In this document: positions 45,934 through 60,900 of the stretch, in pieces
Layout of the letters: each line of letters opens with the position of its first letter
How positions within the stretch are numbered: the first letter of the stretch is position 1
DNA from: Cyanophora paradoxa CCMP329
Taxonomy: Eukaryota > Plantae > Glaucophyta
Direction of reading: 5' to 3'
NCBI GenBank assembly: GCA_004431415.1
Contig: QPMI01000099.1
Coordinates: 62,001 to 126,000, forward strand
DNA: 64,000 bases
Program-made: the position numbers and the translations under genes
Notes under the pieces: model-generated
Database searches by the model: none
What the model was told of the DNA's origin: nothing
The model's input: the letters and a program-made list of their open reading frames with translations, nothing else

Positions 45934-48900
45934 GGATAGCGACATGGGGACACTGTGACAGCCGACGCCCCAATTGCAACGAGTTATATTGTAATTGCAA
46001 TGGTTCTCAATACAGCGTTCGCTGAAGCTCTCATATCCGAACCCGAGCCACTAGAATAAAGAATCCGATCCGCGCAGCCGGCCGCCGATCGCGACGCAGG
46101 GACGGCCGATGCTCGAACGATTTATATTGCAATTGCATGTACATGTGCTCTAAATGCAAGGTCGGCTGAAGCTCTCACTTCTTAACCCAAGCCACTTGAA
46201 TAAAGAATCCGATCCGTGCAGCCGGCCGTCGATCGCGACGTCGACGCTGGCACAGCCGACGCTCCGACGATTGATAAAATCATTGCAAGTACACTCAATG
46301 CCGAATCAGTTTAAGCTCTCAATTTCGAACACGAGCCCCTAGAATTAAGAATCCGATCCGCGCAGCCGGCCGTCGATCGCGACGCAGCTGCAGCAACGCC
46401 GGGAGCTCCGCCAATAATATTACAATTGCAGGTGCACTAAATGCAGGGTCGGCTGACGCTCTCACTTCCGAACCCAAGCCACTTGAATAAAGAATCCGAT
46501 CCGTGCAGCCGGCTGCTGATTGCGACACAGGGACGGCCGACGCTCCAACGATTTAAATATATTGCAGCTTGGCAACTGCAGTTGCACAGAATGCAGGGTC
46601 GGCTGAAGCTTAAGATCTCCACCCCGAACTCCAGCAACTGTAATTAAAGATTTGATCATTGCAGCCGGCCGCCGATCGCAAAGCGGGGACGCCGGGAGCT
46701 CCGTCGATTAATATTGCGATTGCATGTGCTCTAAGTGCAGGTTTGGCCGAAGCTCTCATTTCTGAACCCGAGCCACAAGAGTTAAGAATCCGATCCGCGC
46801 AGCCGGCTGTCGATCGCGACATGGGGACACTGTGACAGCCGACGCCCCAACGAGTTATATTGCAATTGCAATGCTTTAATGGTTCTCAATACAGCGTTCG
46901 CTGAAGCTCTCATATCCGAACTCGAGCCACTAGAATAAAGAATCCGATCCGCGCAGCCGGCCGCCGATCGCGACGCAGGGACGGCCGATGCCTGAACGAT
47001 TTATATTGCAATTGCATGTGCTCTAAATGCAAGGTCGGCTGAAGCTCTCACTTCTTAACCCAAGCCACTTGAATAAAGAATCCGATCCGTGCAGCCGGCC
47101 GTCGATCGCGACGTCGACGCTGGCACAGCCGACGCTCCGACGATTGATAAAATCATTGCAAGTACACTCAATGCCGAATCAGTTTAAGCTCTCAATTTCG
47201 AACACGAGCCCCTAGAATTAAGAGATCGATCCGCGCAGCCGGCCGTCGATCGCGACGCAGCTGCAGCAACGCCGGGAGCTCCGCCAATAATATTACAATT
47301 GCAAGTGCACTGAATGCAGGGTCGGCTGACGCTCTCACTTCCGAACCCAAGCCACTTGAATAAAGAATCCGATCCGTGCAGCCGGCTGCTGATTGCGACA
47401 CAGGGACGGCCGACGCTCCAACGATTTAAATATATTGCAACTTGGCAACTGCAGTTGCACAGAATGCAGGGTCGGCTGAAGCTTAAGATCTCCACCCCGA
47501 ACTCCAGCAGCTGTAATTAAAGATCATTGCAGCCGGCCGCCGATCGCAAAGCGGGGACGCCGGGAGCTCCGTCGATTAATATTGCGATTGCATGTGCTCT
47601 AAGTGCAGGTTTGGCCGAAGCTCTCATTTCTGAACCCGAGCCACAAGAGTTAAGAATCCGATCCGCGCAGCCGGCTGTCGATCGCGACGCAGCAACGCCG
47701 GGAGCTCCGCCAATAATATTACAATTGCAAGTGCACTAAATGCAGGGTCGGCTGACGCTCTCACTTCCGAACCCAAGCCACTTGAATAAAGAATCCGATC
47801 CGTGCAGCCGGCTGCTGATTGCGACACAGGGACGGCCGACGCTCCAACGATTTAAATATATTGCAACCAAATGCAGAATCAGCTTCAGCTCTCAATTTCG
47901 AACATGAGCCCTAGAATTAAGAATCCGATCCGCGCAGCCGGCCGTCGATCGCGACGCAGCAACGCCGGGAGCTCCGCCAATAATATTACAATTGCAAGTG
48001 CACTAAATGCAGGGTCGGCTGACGCTCTCACTTCCGAACCCAAGCCACTTGAATAAAGAATCCGATCCGTGCAGCCGGCTGCTGATTGCGACACAGGGAC
48101 GGCCGACGCTCCAACGATTTATATTGCAACCGAAGTTGCACTATATGCAGGGTCGGCTGAAGCTTAAGATCTCCACCCCCAACTCAAGCAACTGTAATTA
48201 AAGATTTGATCATTGCAGCCGGCCGCCGATCGCAAAGCGGGGACGCCGGGAGCTCCGTCGATTAATATTGCGATTGCATGTGCTCTAAGTGCAGGTTTGG
48301 CCGAAGCTCTCATTTCTGAACCCGAGCCACAAGAGTTAAGAATCCGATCCGCGCAGCCGGCTGTCGATCGCGACATGGGGACACTGTGACAGCCGACGCC
48401 CCAACGAGTTATATTGCAATTGCAATGCTTTAATGGTTCTCAATACAGCGTTCGCTGAAGCTCTCATATCCGAACTCGAGCCACTAGAATAAAGAATCCG
48501 ATCCGCGCAGCCGGCCGCCGATCGCGACGCAGGGACGGCCGATGCCTGAACGATTTATATTGCAATTGCATGTGCTCTAAATGCAAGGTCGGCTGAAGCT
48601 CTCACTTCTTAACCCAAGCCACTTGAATAAAGAATCCGATACGTGCAGCCGGCCGTCGATCGCGACGTCGACGCTGGCACAGCCGACGCTCCGACGATTG
48701 ATAAAATCATTGCAAGTACACTCAATGCCGAATCAGTTTAAGCTCTCAATTTCGAACACGAGCCCCTAGAATTAAGAGATCGATCCGCGCAGCCGGCCGT
48801 CGATCGCGACGCAGCTGCAGCAACGCCGGGAGCTCCGCCAATAATATTACAATTGCAAGTGCACTGAATGCAGGGTCGGCTGACGCTCTCACTTCCGAAC

Positions 48901-51900
48901 CCAAGCCACTTGAATAAAGAATCCGATCCGTGCAGCCGGCTGCTGATTGCGACACAGGGACGGCCGACGCTCCAACGATTTAAATATATTGCAACTTGGC
49001 AACTGCAGTTGCACAGAATGCAGGGTCGGCTGAAGCTTAAGATCTCCACCCCGAACTCCAGCAGCTGTAATTAAAGATCATTGCAGCCGGCCGCCGATCG
49101 CAAAGCGGGGACGCCGGGAGCTCCGTCGATTAATATTGCGATTGCATGTGCTCTAAGTGCAGGTTTGGCCGAAGCTCTCATTTCTGAACCCGAGCCACAA
49201 GAGTTAAGAATCCGATCCGCGCAGCCGGCTGTCGATCGCGACGCAGCAACGCCGGGAGCTCCGCCAATAATATTACAATTGCAAGTGCACTAAATGCAGG
49301 GTCGGCTGACGCTCTCACTTCCGAACCCAAGCCACTTGAATGAAGAATCCGATCCGTGCAGCCGGCTGCTGATTGCGACACAGGGACGGCCGACGCTCCA
49401 ACGATTTAAATATATTGCAACCAAATGCAGAATCAGCTTCAGCTCTCAATTTCGAACATGAGCCCCTAGAATTAAGAATCCGATCCGCGCAGCCGGCCGT
49501 CGATCGCGACGCAGCAACGCCGGGAGCTCCGCCAATAATATTACAATTGCAAGTGCACTAAATGCAGGGTCGGCTGACGCTCTCACTTCCGAACCCAAGC
49601 CACTTGAATAAAGAATCCGATCCGTGCAGCCGGCTGCTGATTGCGACACAGGGACGGCCGACGCTCCAACGATTTATATTGCAACCGAAGTTGCACTATA
49701 TGCAGGGTCGGCTGAAGCTTAAGATCTCCACCCCCAACTCAAGCAACTGTAATTAAAGATTAGATCATTGCAGCCAGCCGCCGATCGCAAAGCGGGGACG
49801 CCGGGAGCTCCGTCGATTAATATTGCAATTGCATGTGCTCTAAATGCAGGGTCGTCTGAAGCTCTCATTTCTGAAGCAGATCTAGAGCCACAAGAGTTAA
49901 GAATCCGATCCGCGCAGCCGGCTGTCGATCGCGACATGGGGACACTGTGACAGCCGACGCCCCAACGAGTTATATTGCAATTGCAATTGCACTCAATACA
50001 GCGTTCGCTGAAGCTCTCATATCCGAACTCGAGCCACTAGAATAACGAATCCGATCCGCGCAGCCGGCCGCCGATCGCGACGCAGGGACGGCCGATGCCT
50101 GAACGATTTATATTGCAATTGCATGTGCTCTAAATGCAAGGTCGGCTGAAGCTCTCACTTCTTAACCCAAGCCACTTGAATAAAGAATCCGATCCGTGCA
50201 GCCGGCCGTCGATCGCGACGTCGACGCTGGCACAGCCGACGCTCCGACGATTGAAAAAACCATTGCAAGTACACTCAATGCCGAATCAGTTTAAGCTCTC
50301 AATTGCGAACACGAGCCCCTAGAATAAAGAATCCGATCCGTGCAGCCGGCTGCTCATTGCGACACAGGGACGGCCGACGCTCCAACGATTTAAATATATT
50401 GCAGCTTGGCAACTGCAGTTGCACAGAATGCAGGGTCGGCTGAAGCTTAAGATCTCCACCCCGAACTCCAGCAACTGTAATTAAAGATCATTGCAGCCGG
50501 CCGCCGATCGCAAAGCGGGGACGCCGGGAGCTCCGTCGATTAATATTGCGATTGCATGTGCTCTAAGTGCAGGTTTGGCCGAAGCTCTCATTTCTGAACC
50601 CGAGCCACAAGAGTTAAGAATCCGATCCGCGCAGCCGGCTGTCGATCGCGACATGGGGACACTGTGACAGCCAACGCCCCAACGAGTTATATTGTAATTG
50701 CAATGGTTCTCAATACAGCGTTCGCTGAAGCTCTCATATCCGAACTCGAGCCACTAGAATAACGAATCCGATCCGCGCAGCCGGCCGCCGATCGCGACGC
50801 AGGGACGGCCGATGCTCGAACGATTTATATTGCAATTGCATGTACATGTGCTCTAAATGCAAGGTCGGCTGAAGCTCTCACTTCTTAACCCAAGCCACTT
50901 GAATAAAGAATCCGATCCGTGCAGCCGGCCGTCGATCGCGACGTCGACGCTGGCACAGCCGACGCTCCGACGATTGATAAAATCATTGCAAGTACACTCA
51001 ATGCCGAATCAGTTTAAGCTCTCAATTTCGAACACGAGCCCCTAGAATTAAGAGATCGATCCGCGCAGCCGGCCGTCGATCGCGACGCAGCTGCAGCAAC
51101 GCCGGGAGCTCCGCCAATAATATTACAATTGCAAGTGCACTGAATGCAGGGTCGGCTGACGCTCTCACTTCCGAACCCAAGCCACTTGAATAAAGAATCC
51201 GATCCGTGCAGCCGGCTGCTGATTGCGACACAGGGACGGCCGACGCTCCAACGATTTAAATATATTGCAACTTGGCAACTGCAGTTGCACAGAATGCAGG
51301 GTCGGCTGAAGCTTAAGATCTCCACCCCGAACTCCAGCAGCTGTAATTAAAGATCATTGCAGCCGGCCGCCGATCGCAAAGCGGGGACGCCGGGAGCTCC
51401 GTCGATTAATATTGCGATTGCATGTGCTCTAAGTGCAGGTTTGGCCGAAGCTCTCATTTCTGAACCCGAGCCACAAGAGTTAAGAATCCGATCCGCGCAG
51501 CCGGCTGTCGATCGCGACGCAGCAACGCCGGGAGCTCCGCCAATAATATTACAATTGCAAGTGCACTAAATGCAGGGTCGGCTGACGCTCTCACTTCCGA
51601 ACCCAAGCCACTTGAATGAAGAATCCGATCCGTGCAGCCGGCTGCTGATTGCGACACAGGGACGGCCGACGCTCCAACGATTTAAATATATTGCAACCAA
51701 ATGCAGAATCAGCTTCAGCTCTCAATTTCGAACATGAGCCCCTAGAATTAAGAATCCGATCCGCGCAGCCGGCCGTCGATCGCGACGCAGCAACGCCGGG
51801 AGCTCCGCCAATAATATTACAATTGCAAGTGCACTAAATGCAGGGTCGGCTGACGCTCTCACTTCCGAACCCAAGCCACTTGAATAAAGAATCCGATCCG

Positions 51901-54900
51901 TGCAGCCGGCTGCTGATTGCGACACAGGGACGGCCGACGCTCCAACGATTTATATTGCAACCGAAGTTGCACTATATGCAGGGTCGGCTGAAGCTTAAGA
52001 TCTCCACCCCCAACTCAAGCAACTGTAATTAAAGATTAGATCATTGCAGCCAGCCGCCGATCGCAAAGCGGGGACGCCGGGAGCTCCGTCGATTAATATT
52101 GCAATTGCATGTGCTCTAAATGCAGGGTCGTCTGAAGCTCTCATTTCTGAAGCAGATCTAGAGCCACAAGAGTTAAGAATCCGATCCGCGCAGCCGGCTG
52201 TCGATCGCGACATGGGGACACTGTGACAGCCGACGCCCCAACGAGTTATATTGCAATTGCAATTGCACTCAATACAGCGTTCGCTGAAGCTCTCATATCC
52301 GAACTCGAGCCACTAGAATAACGAATCCGATCCGCGCAGCCGGCCGCCGATCGCGACGCAGGGACGGCCGATGCCTGAACGATTTATATTGCAATTGCAT
52401 GTGCTCTAAATGCAAGGTCGGCTGAAGCTCTCACTTCTTAACCCAAGCCACTTGAATAAAGAATCCGATCCGTGCAGCCGGCCGTCGATCGCGACGTCGA
52501 CGCTGGCACAGCCGACGCTCCGACGATTGAAAAAACCATTGCAAGTACACTCAATGCCGAATCAGTTTAAGCTCTCAATTGCGAACACGAGCCCCTAGAA
52601 TAAAGAATCCGATCCGTGCAGCCGGCTGCTCATTGCGACACAGGGACGGCCGACGCTCCAACGATTTAAATATATTGCAGCTTGGCAACTGCAGTTGCAC
52701 AGAATGCAGGGTCGGCTGAAGCTTAAGATCTCCACCCCGAACTCCAGCAACTGTAATTAAAGATCATTGCAGCCGGCCGCCGATCGCAAAGCGGGGACGC
52801 CGGGAGCTCCGTCGATTAATATTGCGATTGCATGTGCTCTAAGTGCAGGTTTGGCCGAAGCTCTCATTTCTGAACCCGAGCCACAAGAGTTAAGAATCCG
52901 ATCCGCGCAGCCGGCTGTCGATCGCGACATGGGGACACTGTGACAGCCAACGCCCCAACGAGTTATATTGTAATTGCAATGGTTCTCAATACAGCGTTCG
53001 CTGAAGCTCTCATATCCGAACTCGAGCCACTAGAATAACGAATCCGATCCGCGCAGCCGGCCGCCGATCGCGACGCAGGGACGGCCGATGCTCGAACGAT
53101 TTATATTGCAATTGCATGTACATGTGCTCTAAATGCAAGGTCGGCTGAAGCTCTCACTTCTTAACCCAAGCCACTTGAATAAAGAATCCGATCCGTGCAG
53201 CCGGCCGTCGATCGCGACGTCGACGCTGGCACAGCCGACGCTCCGACGATTGATAAAATCATTGCAAGTACACTCAATGCCGAATCAGTTTAAGCTCTCA
53301 ATTTCGAACACGAGCCCCTAGAATTAAGAGATCGATCCGCGCAGCCGGCCGTCGATCGCGACGCAGCTGCAGCAACGCCGGGAGCTCCGCCAATAATATT
53401 ACAATTGCAAGTGCACTAAATGCAGGGTCGGCTGACGCTCTCACTTCCGAACCCAAGCCACTTGAATAAAGAATCCGATCCGTGCAGCCGGCTGCTGATT
53501 GCGACACAGGGACGGCCGACGCTCCAACGATTTAAAAATATTGCAGCTTGGCAACTGCAGTTGCACTGAATGCAGGGTCGGCTGAAGCTTAAGATCTCCA
53601 CCCCAACTCAAGCAACTGTAATTAAAGATTAGATCATTGCAGCCAGCCGCCGATCGCAAAGTGGGGACGCCGGGAGCTCCGTCGATTAATATTGCAATTG
53701 CATGTGCTCTAAGTGCAGGGTCGGCCGAAGCACTCATTTCTGAACCCGAGCCACAAGAGTTAAGAATCCGATCCGCGCAGCCGGCTGCCGATCGCGACAT
53801 GGGGACAGCAGACGCCCCAACGAGTTATATTGAAATTGCATGTGCTCTAAATGCAAGGCCGGCTGAAGCTCTCATTCCCGAACCCGAGCCACTATTATTT
53901 ATAATCCGATCCGCGCAGCCAACCGTCGATCGCGACGTCGATGCTGGCTGGCACAGCTGACGCTCCGACGATTGATTAAATCAATGCAAGTACACTCAAT
54001 GCCGAAGCGGCTGAAGCTCCCAATTTCGAACACGAGCCCCTTGAATTAAGAATCCGATCCGCGCAGCCGGCCGTAATCGCGACGCAGCAACGCCGGGAAC
54101 TCCGCCAATAATATTACGATTGCAAGTGCACTAAATGCAGGGTCGGCTGACGCTCTCACTTCCGAACCCAAGCCACTTGAATAAGGAATCCGATCCGTGC
54201 AGCCGGCTGCTGATTGCGACACAGGGACGGCCGACGCTCCAACGATTTAAATATATTGCAGCTTGGCAACTGCAGTTGCACTGGATGCAGGGTCGGCTGA
54301 AGCTTAAGATCTCCACCCCAGCTCAAGCAACTGTAATTAAAGATTAGATCATTGCAGCCAGCCGCCGATCGCAAAGCGGGGACGCCGGGAGCTCCGTCGA
54401 TTAATATTGCGATTGCATGTGCTCTAAGTGCAGGTTTGGCCGAAGCTCTCATTTCTGAACCCGAGCCACAAGAGGTAAGAACCCGAGCCACAAGAGTTAA
54501 GAATCCGATCCGCGCAGCCGGCTGTCGATCGCGACATGGGGACACTGTGACAGCCAACGCCCCAACGAGTTATATTGTAATTGCAATGGTTCTCAATACA
54601 GCGTTCGCTGAAGCTCTCATATCCGAACCCGAGCCACTAGAATAAAGAATCCGATCCGCGCAGCCGGCCGCCGATCGCGACGCAGGGACGGCCGATGCTC
54701 GAACGATTTATATTGCAATTGCATGTACATGTGCTCTTAATGCAAGGTCGGCTGAAGCTCTCACTTCTTAACCCAAGCCACTTGAAAAAAGAATCCGATC
54801 CGTGCAGCCGGCCGTCGATCGCGACGTCGACGCTGGCACAGCCGACGCTCCGACGATTGATAAAACCATTGCAAGAACACTCAATGCCGAATCCGTTTAA

Positions 54901-57900
54901 GCTCTCAATTTCGAACACGAGCCCCTAGAATTAAGAGATCGATCCGCGCAGCCGGCCGTCGATCGCGACGCAGCTGCAGCAACGCCGGGAGCTCCGCCAA
55001 TAATATTACGATTGCAAGTGCACTAAATGCAGGGTCGGCTGACGCTCTCACTTCCGAACCCAAGCCACGTGAATAGAGAATCCGATCCGATCCGTGCAGC
55101 CGGCTGCTGATTGCGACACAGGGATGGCCGACGCTCCAACGATTTAAATTGATTGCAACTTGGCAACTGCAGTTGCACAGAATGCTGGGTCGGCTGAAGC
55201 TTAAGATCTCCACCCAGCTCAAGCAACTGTAATTAAAGATTAGATCATTGCAGCCAGCCGCCGATCGCAAGGTGGGGACGCCAGGAGCTCCGACGATTAA
55301 TATTGCAATTGCATGTGCTTTAAATGCAGGGTCGGCCAAATGCAAGGCCGGCTGAAGCTCGCATTCCCGAACCCGAGCCACTATTATTTATAATCCGATC
55401 CGCGCAGCCAACCGTCGATCGCGACGTCGATGCTGGCACAGCTGACGCTCCGACGAATGATTAAATCAATGCAAGTACACTCAATGCCGAAGCGGCTGAA
55501 GCTCCCAATTTCGAACACGAGCCCCTTGAATTAAGAATCCGATCCGCGCAGCCGGCCGTCGATCGCGACGCAGCAACGCCGGGAGCTCCGCCAATAATAT
55601 TACGATTGCAAGTGCACTAAATGCAGGGTCGGCTGACGCTCTCACTTCCGAACCCAAGCCACTTGAATAAGGAATCCGATCCGTGCAGCCGGCTGTTGAT
55701 TGCTACACAGGGACGGCCGACGCTCCAACGATTTATATTGCAGCTTGGCAACTGCAGTTGCACAGAATGCTGGGTCGGCTGAAGCTTAAGATCTCCACCC
55801 CAGCTCAAGCAACTGTAATTAAAGATTAGATCATTGCAGCCAGCCGCCGATCGCAAAGCGGGGACGCCGGGAGCTCCGTCGATTAATATTGCGATTGCAT
55901 GTGCTCTAAGTGCAGGTTTGGCCGAAGCTCTCATTTCTGAACCCGAGCCACAAGAGTTAAGAATCCGATCCGCGCAGCCGGCTGTCGATCGCGACATGGG
56001 GACACTGTGACAGCCAACGCCCCAACGAGTTATATTGTAATTGCAATGGTTCTCAATACAGCGTTCGCTGAAGCTCTCATATCCGAACTCGAGCCACTAG
56101 AATAACGAATCCGATCCGCGCAGCCGGCCGCCGATCGCGACGCAGGGACGGCCGATGCTCGAACGATTTATATTGCAATTGCATGTACATGTGCTCTAAA
56201 TGCAAGGTCGGCTGAAGCTCTCACTTCTTAACCCAAGCCACTTGAATAAAGAATCCGATCCGTGCAGCCGGCCGTCGATCGCGACGTCGACGCTGGCACA
56301 GCCGACGCTCCGACGATTGATAAAATCATTGCAAGTACACTCAATGCCGAATCAGTTTAAGCTCTCAATTTCGAACACGAGCCCCTAGAATTAAGAGATC
56401 GATCCGCGCAGCCGGCCGTCGATCGCGACGCAGCTGCAGCAACGCCGGGAGCTCCGCCAATAATATTACAATTGCAAGTGCACTGAATGCAGGGTCGGCT
56501 GACGCTCTCACTTCCGAACCCAAGCCACTTGAATAAAGAATCCGATCCGTGCAGCCGGCTGCTGATTGCGACACAGGGACGGCCGACGCTCCAACGATTT
56601 AAATATATTGCAACTTGGCAACTGCAGTTGCACAGAATGCAGGGTCGGCTGAAGCTTAAGATCTCCACCCCGAACTCCAGCAGCTGTAATTAAAGATCAT
56701 TGCAGCCGGCCGCCGATCGCAAAGCGGGGACGCCGGGAGCTCCGTCGATTAATATTGCGATTGCATGTGCTCTAAGTGCAGGTTTGGCCGAAGCTCTCAT
56801 TTCTGAACCCGAGCCACAAGAGTTAAGAATCCGATCCGCGCAGCCGGCTGTCGATCGCGACGCAGCAACGCCGGGAGCTCCGCCAATAATATTACAATTG
56901 CAAGTGCACTAAATGCAGGGTCGGCTGACGCTCTCACTTCCGAACCCAAGCCACTTGAATGAAGAATCCGATCCGTGCAGCCGGCTGCTGATTGCGACAC
57001 AGGGACGGCCGACGCTCCAACGATTTAAATATATTGCAACCAAATGCAGAATCAGCTTCAGCTCTCAATTTCGAACATGAGCCCCTAGAATTAAGAATCC
57101 GATCCGCGCAGCCGGCCGTCGATCGCGACGCAGCAACGCCGGGAGCTCCGCCAATAATATTACAATTGCAAGTGCACTAAATGCAGGGTCGGCTGACGCT
57201 CTCACTTCCGAACCCAAGCCACTTGAATAAAGAATCCGATCCGTGCAGCCGGCTGCTGATTGCGACACAGGGACGGCCGACGCTCCAACGATTTATATTG
57301 CAACCGAAGTTGCACTATATGCAGGGTCGGCTGAAGCTTAAGATCTCCACCCCCAACTCAAGCAACTGTAATTAAAGATTAGATCATTGCAGCCAGCCGC
57401 CGATCGCAAAGCGGGGACGCCGGGAGCTCCGTCGATTAATATTGCAATTGCATGTGCTCTAAATGCAGGGTCGTCTGAAGCTCTCATTTCTGAAGCAGAT
57501 CTAGAGCCACAAGAGTTAAGAATCCGATCCGCGCAGCCGGCTGTCGATCGCGACATGGGGACACTGTGACAGCCGACGCCCCAACGAGTTATATTGCAAT
57601 TGCAATTGCACTCAATACAGCGTTCGCTGAAGCTCTCATATCCGAACTCGAGCCACTAGAATAACGAATCCGATCCGCGCAGCCGGCCGCCGATCGCGAC
57701 GCAGGGACGGCCGATGCCTGAACGATTTATATTGCAATTGCATGTGCTCTAAATGCAAGGTCGGCTGAAGCTCTCACTTCTTAACCCAAGCCACTTGAAT
57801 AAAGAATCCGATCCGTGCAGCCGGCCGTCGATCGCGACGTCGACGCTGGCACAGCCGACGCTCCGACGATTGAAAAAACCATTGCAAGTACACTCAATGC

Positions 57901-60900
57901 CGAATCAGTTTAAGCTCTCAATTGCGAACACGAGCCCCTAGAATAAAGAATCCGATCCGTGCAGCCGGCTGCTCATTGCGACACAGGGACGGCCGACGCT
58001 CCAACGATTTAAATATATTGCAGCTTGGCAACTGCAGTTGCACAGAATGCAGGGTCGGCTGAAGCTTAAGATCTCCACCCCGAACTCCAGCAACTGTAAT
58101 TAAAGATCATTGCAGCCGGCCGCCGATCGCAAAGCGGGGACGCCGGGAGCTCCGTCGATTAATATTGCGATTGCATGTGCTCTAAGTGCAGGTTTGGCCG
58201 AAGCTCTCATTTCTGAACCCGAGCCACAAGAGTTAAGAATCCGATCCGCGCAGCCGGCTGTCGATCGCGACATGGGGACACTGTGACAGCCAACGCCCCA
58301 ACGAGTTATATTGTAATTGCAATGGTTCTCAATACAGCGTTCGCTGAAGCTCTCATATCCGAACTCGAGCCACTAGAATAACGAATCCGATCCGCGCAGC
58401 CGGCCGCCGATCGCGACGCAGGGACGGCCGATGCTCGAACGATTTATATTGCAATTGCATGTACATGTGCTCTAAATGCAAGGTCGGCTGAAGCTCTCAC
58501 TTCTTAACCCAAGCCACTTGAATAAAGAATCCGATCCGTGCAGCCGGCCGTCGATCGCGACGTCGACGCTGGCACAGCCGACGCTCCGACGATTGATAAA
58601 ATCATTGCAAGTACACTCAATGCCGAATCAGTTTAAGCTCTCAATTTCGAACACGAGCCCCTAGAATTAAGAGATCGATCCGCGCAGCCGGCCGTCGATC
58701 GCGACGCAGCTGCAGCAACGCCGGGAGCTCCGCCAATAATATTACAATTGCAAGTGCACTAAATGCAGGGTCGGCTGACGCTCTCACTTCCGAACCCAAG
58801 CCACTTGAATAAAGAATCCGATCCGTGCAGCCGGCTGCTGATTGCGACACAGGGACGGCCGACGCTCCAACGATTTAAAAATATTGCAGCTTGGCAACTG
58901 CAGTTGCACTGAATGCAGGGTCGGCTGAAGCTTAAGATCTCCACCCCCAACTCAAGCAACTGTAATTAAAGATTAGATCATTGCAGCCAGCCGCCGATCG
59001 CAAAGTGGGGACGCCGGGAGCTCCGTCGATTAATATTGCAATTGCATGTGCTCTAAGTGCAGGGTCGGCCGAAGCACTCATTTCTGAACCCGAGCCACAA
59101 GAGTTAAGAATCCGATCCGCGCAGCCGGCTGCCGATCGCGACATGGGGACAGCAGACGCCCCAACGAGTTATATTGAAATTGCATGTGCTCTAAATGCAA
59201 GGCCGGCTGAAGCTCTCATTCCCGAACCCGAGCCACTATTATTTATAATCCGATCCGCGCAGCCAACCGTCGATCGCGACGTCGATGCTGGCTGGCACAG
59301 CTGACGCTCCGACGATTGATTAAATCAATGCAAGTACACTCAATGCCGAAGCGGCTGAAGCTCCCAATTTCGAACACGAGCCCCTTGAATTAAGAATCCG
59401 ATCCGCGCAGCCGGCCGTAATCGCGACGCAGCAACGCCGGGAACTCCGCCAATAATATTACGATTGCAAGTGCACTAAATGCAGGGTCGGCTGACGCTCT
59501 CACTTCCGAACCCAAGCCACTTGAATAAGGAATCCGATCCGTGCAGCCGGCTGCTGATTGCGACACAGGGACGGCCGACGCTCCAACGATTTAAATATAT
59601 TGCAGCTTGGCAACTGCAGTTGCACTGGATGCAGGGTCGGCTGAAGCTTAAGATCTCCACCCCAGCTCAAGCAACTGTAATTAAAGATTAGATCATTGCA
59701 GCCAGCCGCCGATCGCAAAGCGGGGACGCCGGGAGCTCCGTCGATTAATATTGCGATTGCATGTGCTCTAAGTGCAGGTTTGGCCGAAGCTCTCATTTCT
59801 GAACCCGAGCCACAAGAGGTAAGAACCCGAGCCACAAGAGTTAAGAATCCGATCCGCGCAGCCGGCTGTCGATCGCGACATGGGGACACTGTGACAGCCA
59901 ACGCCCCAACGAGTTATATTGTAATTGCAATGGTTCTCAATACAGCGTTCGCTGAAGCTCTCATATCCGAACCCGAGCCACTAGAATAAAGAATCCGATC
60001 CGCGCAGCCGGCCGCCGATCGCGACGCAGGGACGGCCGATGCTCGAACGATTTATATTGCAATTGCATGTACATGTGCTCTTAATGCAAGGTCGGCTGAA
60101 GCTCTCACTTCTTAACCCAAGCCACTTGAAAAAAGAATCCGATCCGTGCAGCCGGCCGTCGATCGCGACGTCGACGCTGGCACAGCCGACGCTCCGACGA
60201 TTGATAAAACCATTGCAAGAACACTCAATGCCGAATCCGTTTAAGCTCTCAATTTCGAACACGAGCCCCTAGAATTAAGAGATCGATCCGCGCAGCCGGC
60301 CGTCGATCGCGACGCAGCTGCAGCAACGCCGGGAGCTCCGCCAATAATATTACGATTGCAAGTGCACTAAATGCAGGGTCGGCTGACGCTCTCACTTCCG
60401 AACCCAAGCCACGTGAATAGAGAATCCGATCCGATCCGTGCAGCCGGCTGCTGATTGCGACACAGGGATGGCCGACGCTCCAACGATTTAAATTGATTGC
60501 AACTTGGCAACTGCAGTTGCACAGAATGCTGGGTCGGCTGAAGCTTAAGATCTCCACCCCAGCTCAAGCAACTGTAATTAAAGATTAGATCATTGCAGCC
60601 AGCCGCCGATCGCAAGGTGGGGACGCCAGGAGCTCCGACGATTAATATTGCAATTGCATGTGCTTTAAATGCAGGGTCGGCCAAATGCAAGGCCGGCTGA
60701 AGCTCGCATTCCCGAACCCGAGCCACTATTATTTATAATCCGATCCGCGCAGCCAACCGTCGATCGCGACGTCGATGCTGGCACAGCTGACGCTCCGACG
60801 AATGATTAAATCAATGCAAGTACACTCAATGCCGAAGCGGCTGAAGCTCCCAATTTCGAACACGAGCCCCTTGAATTAAGAATCCGATCCGCGCAGCCGG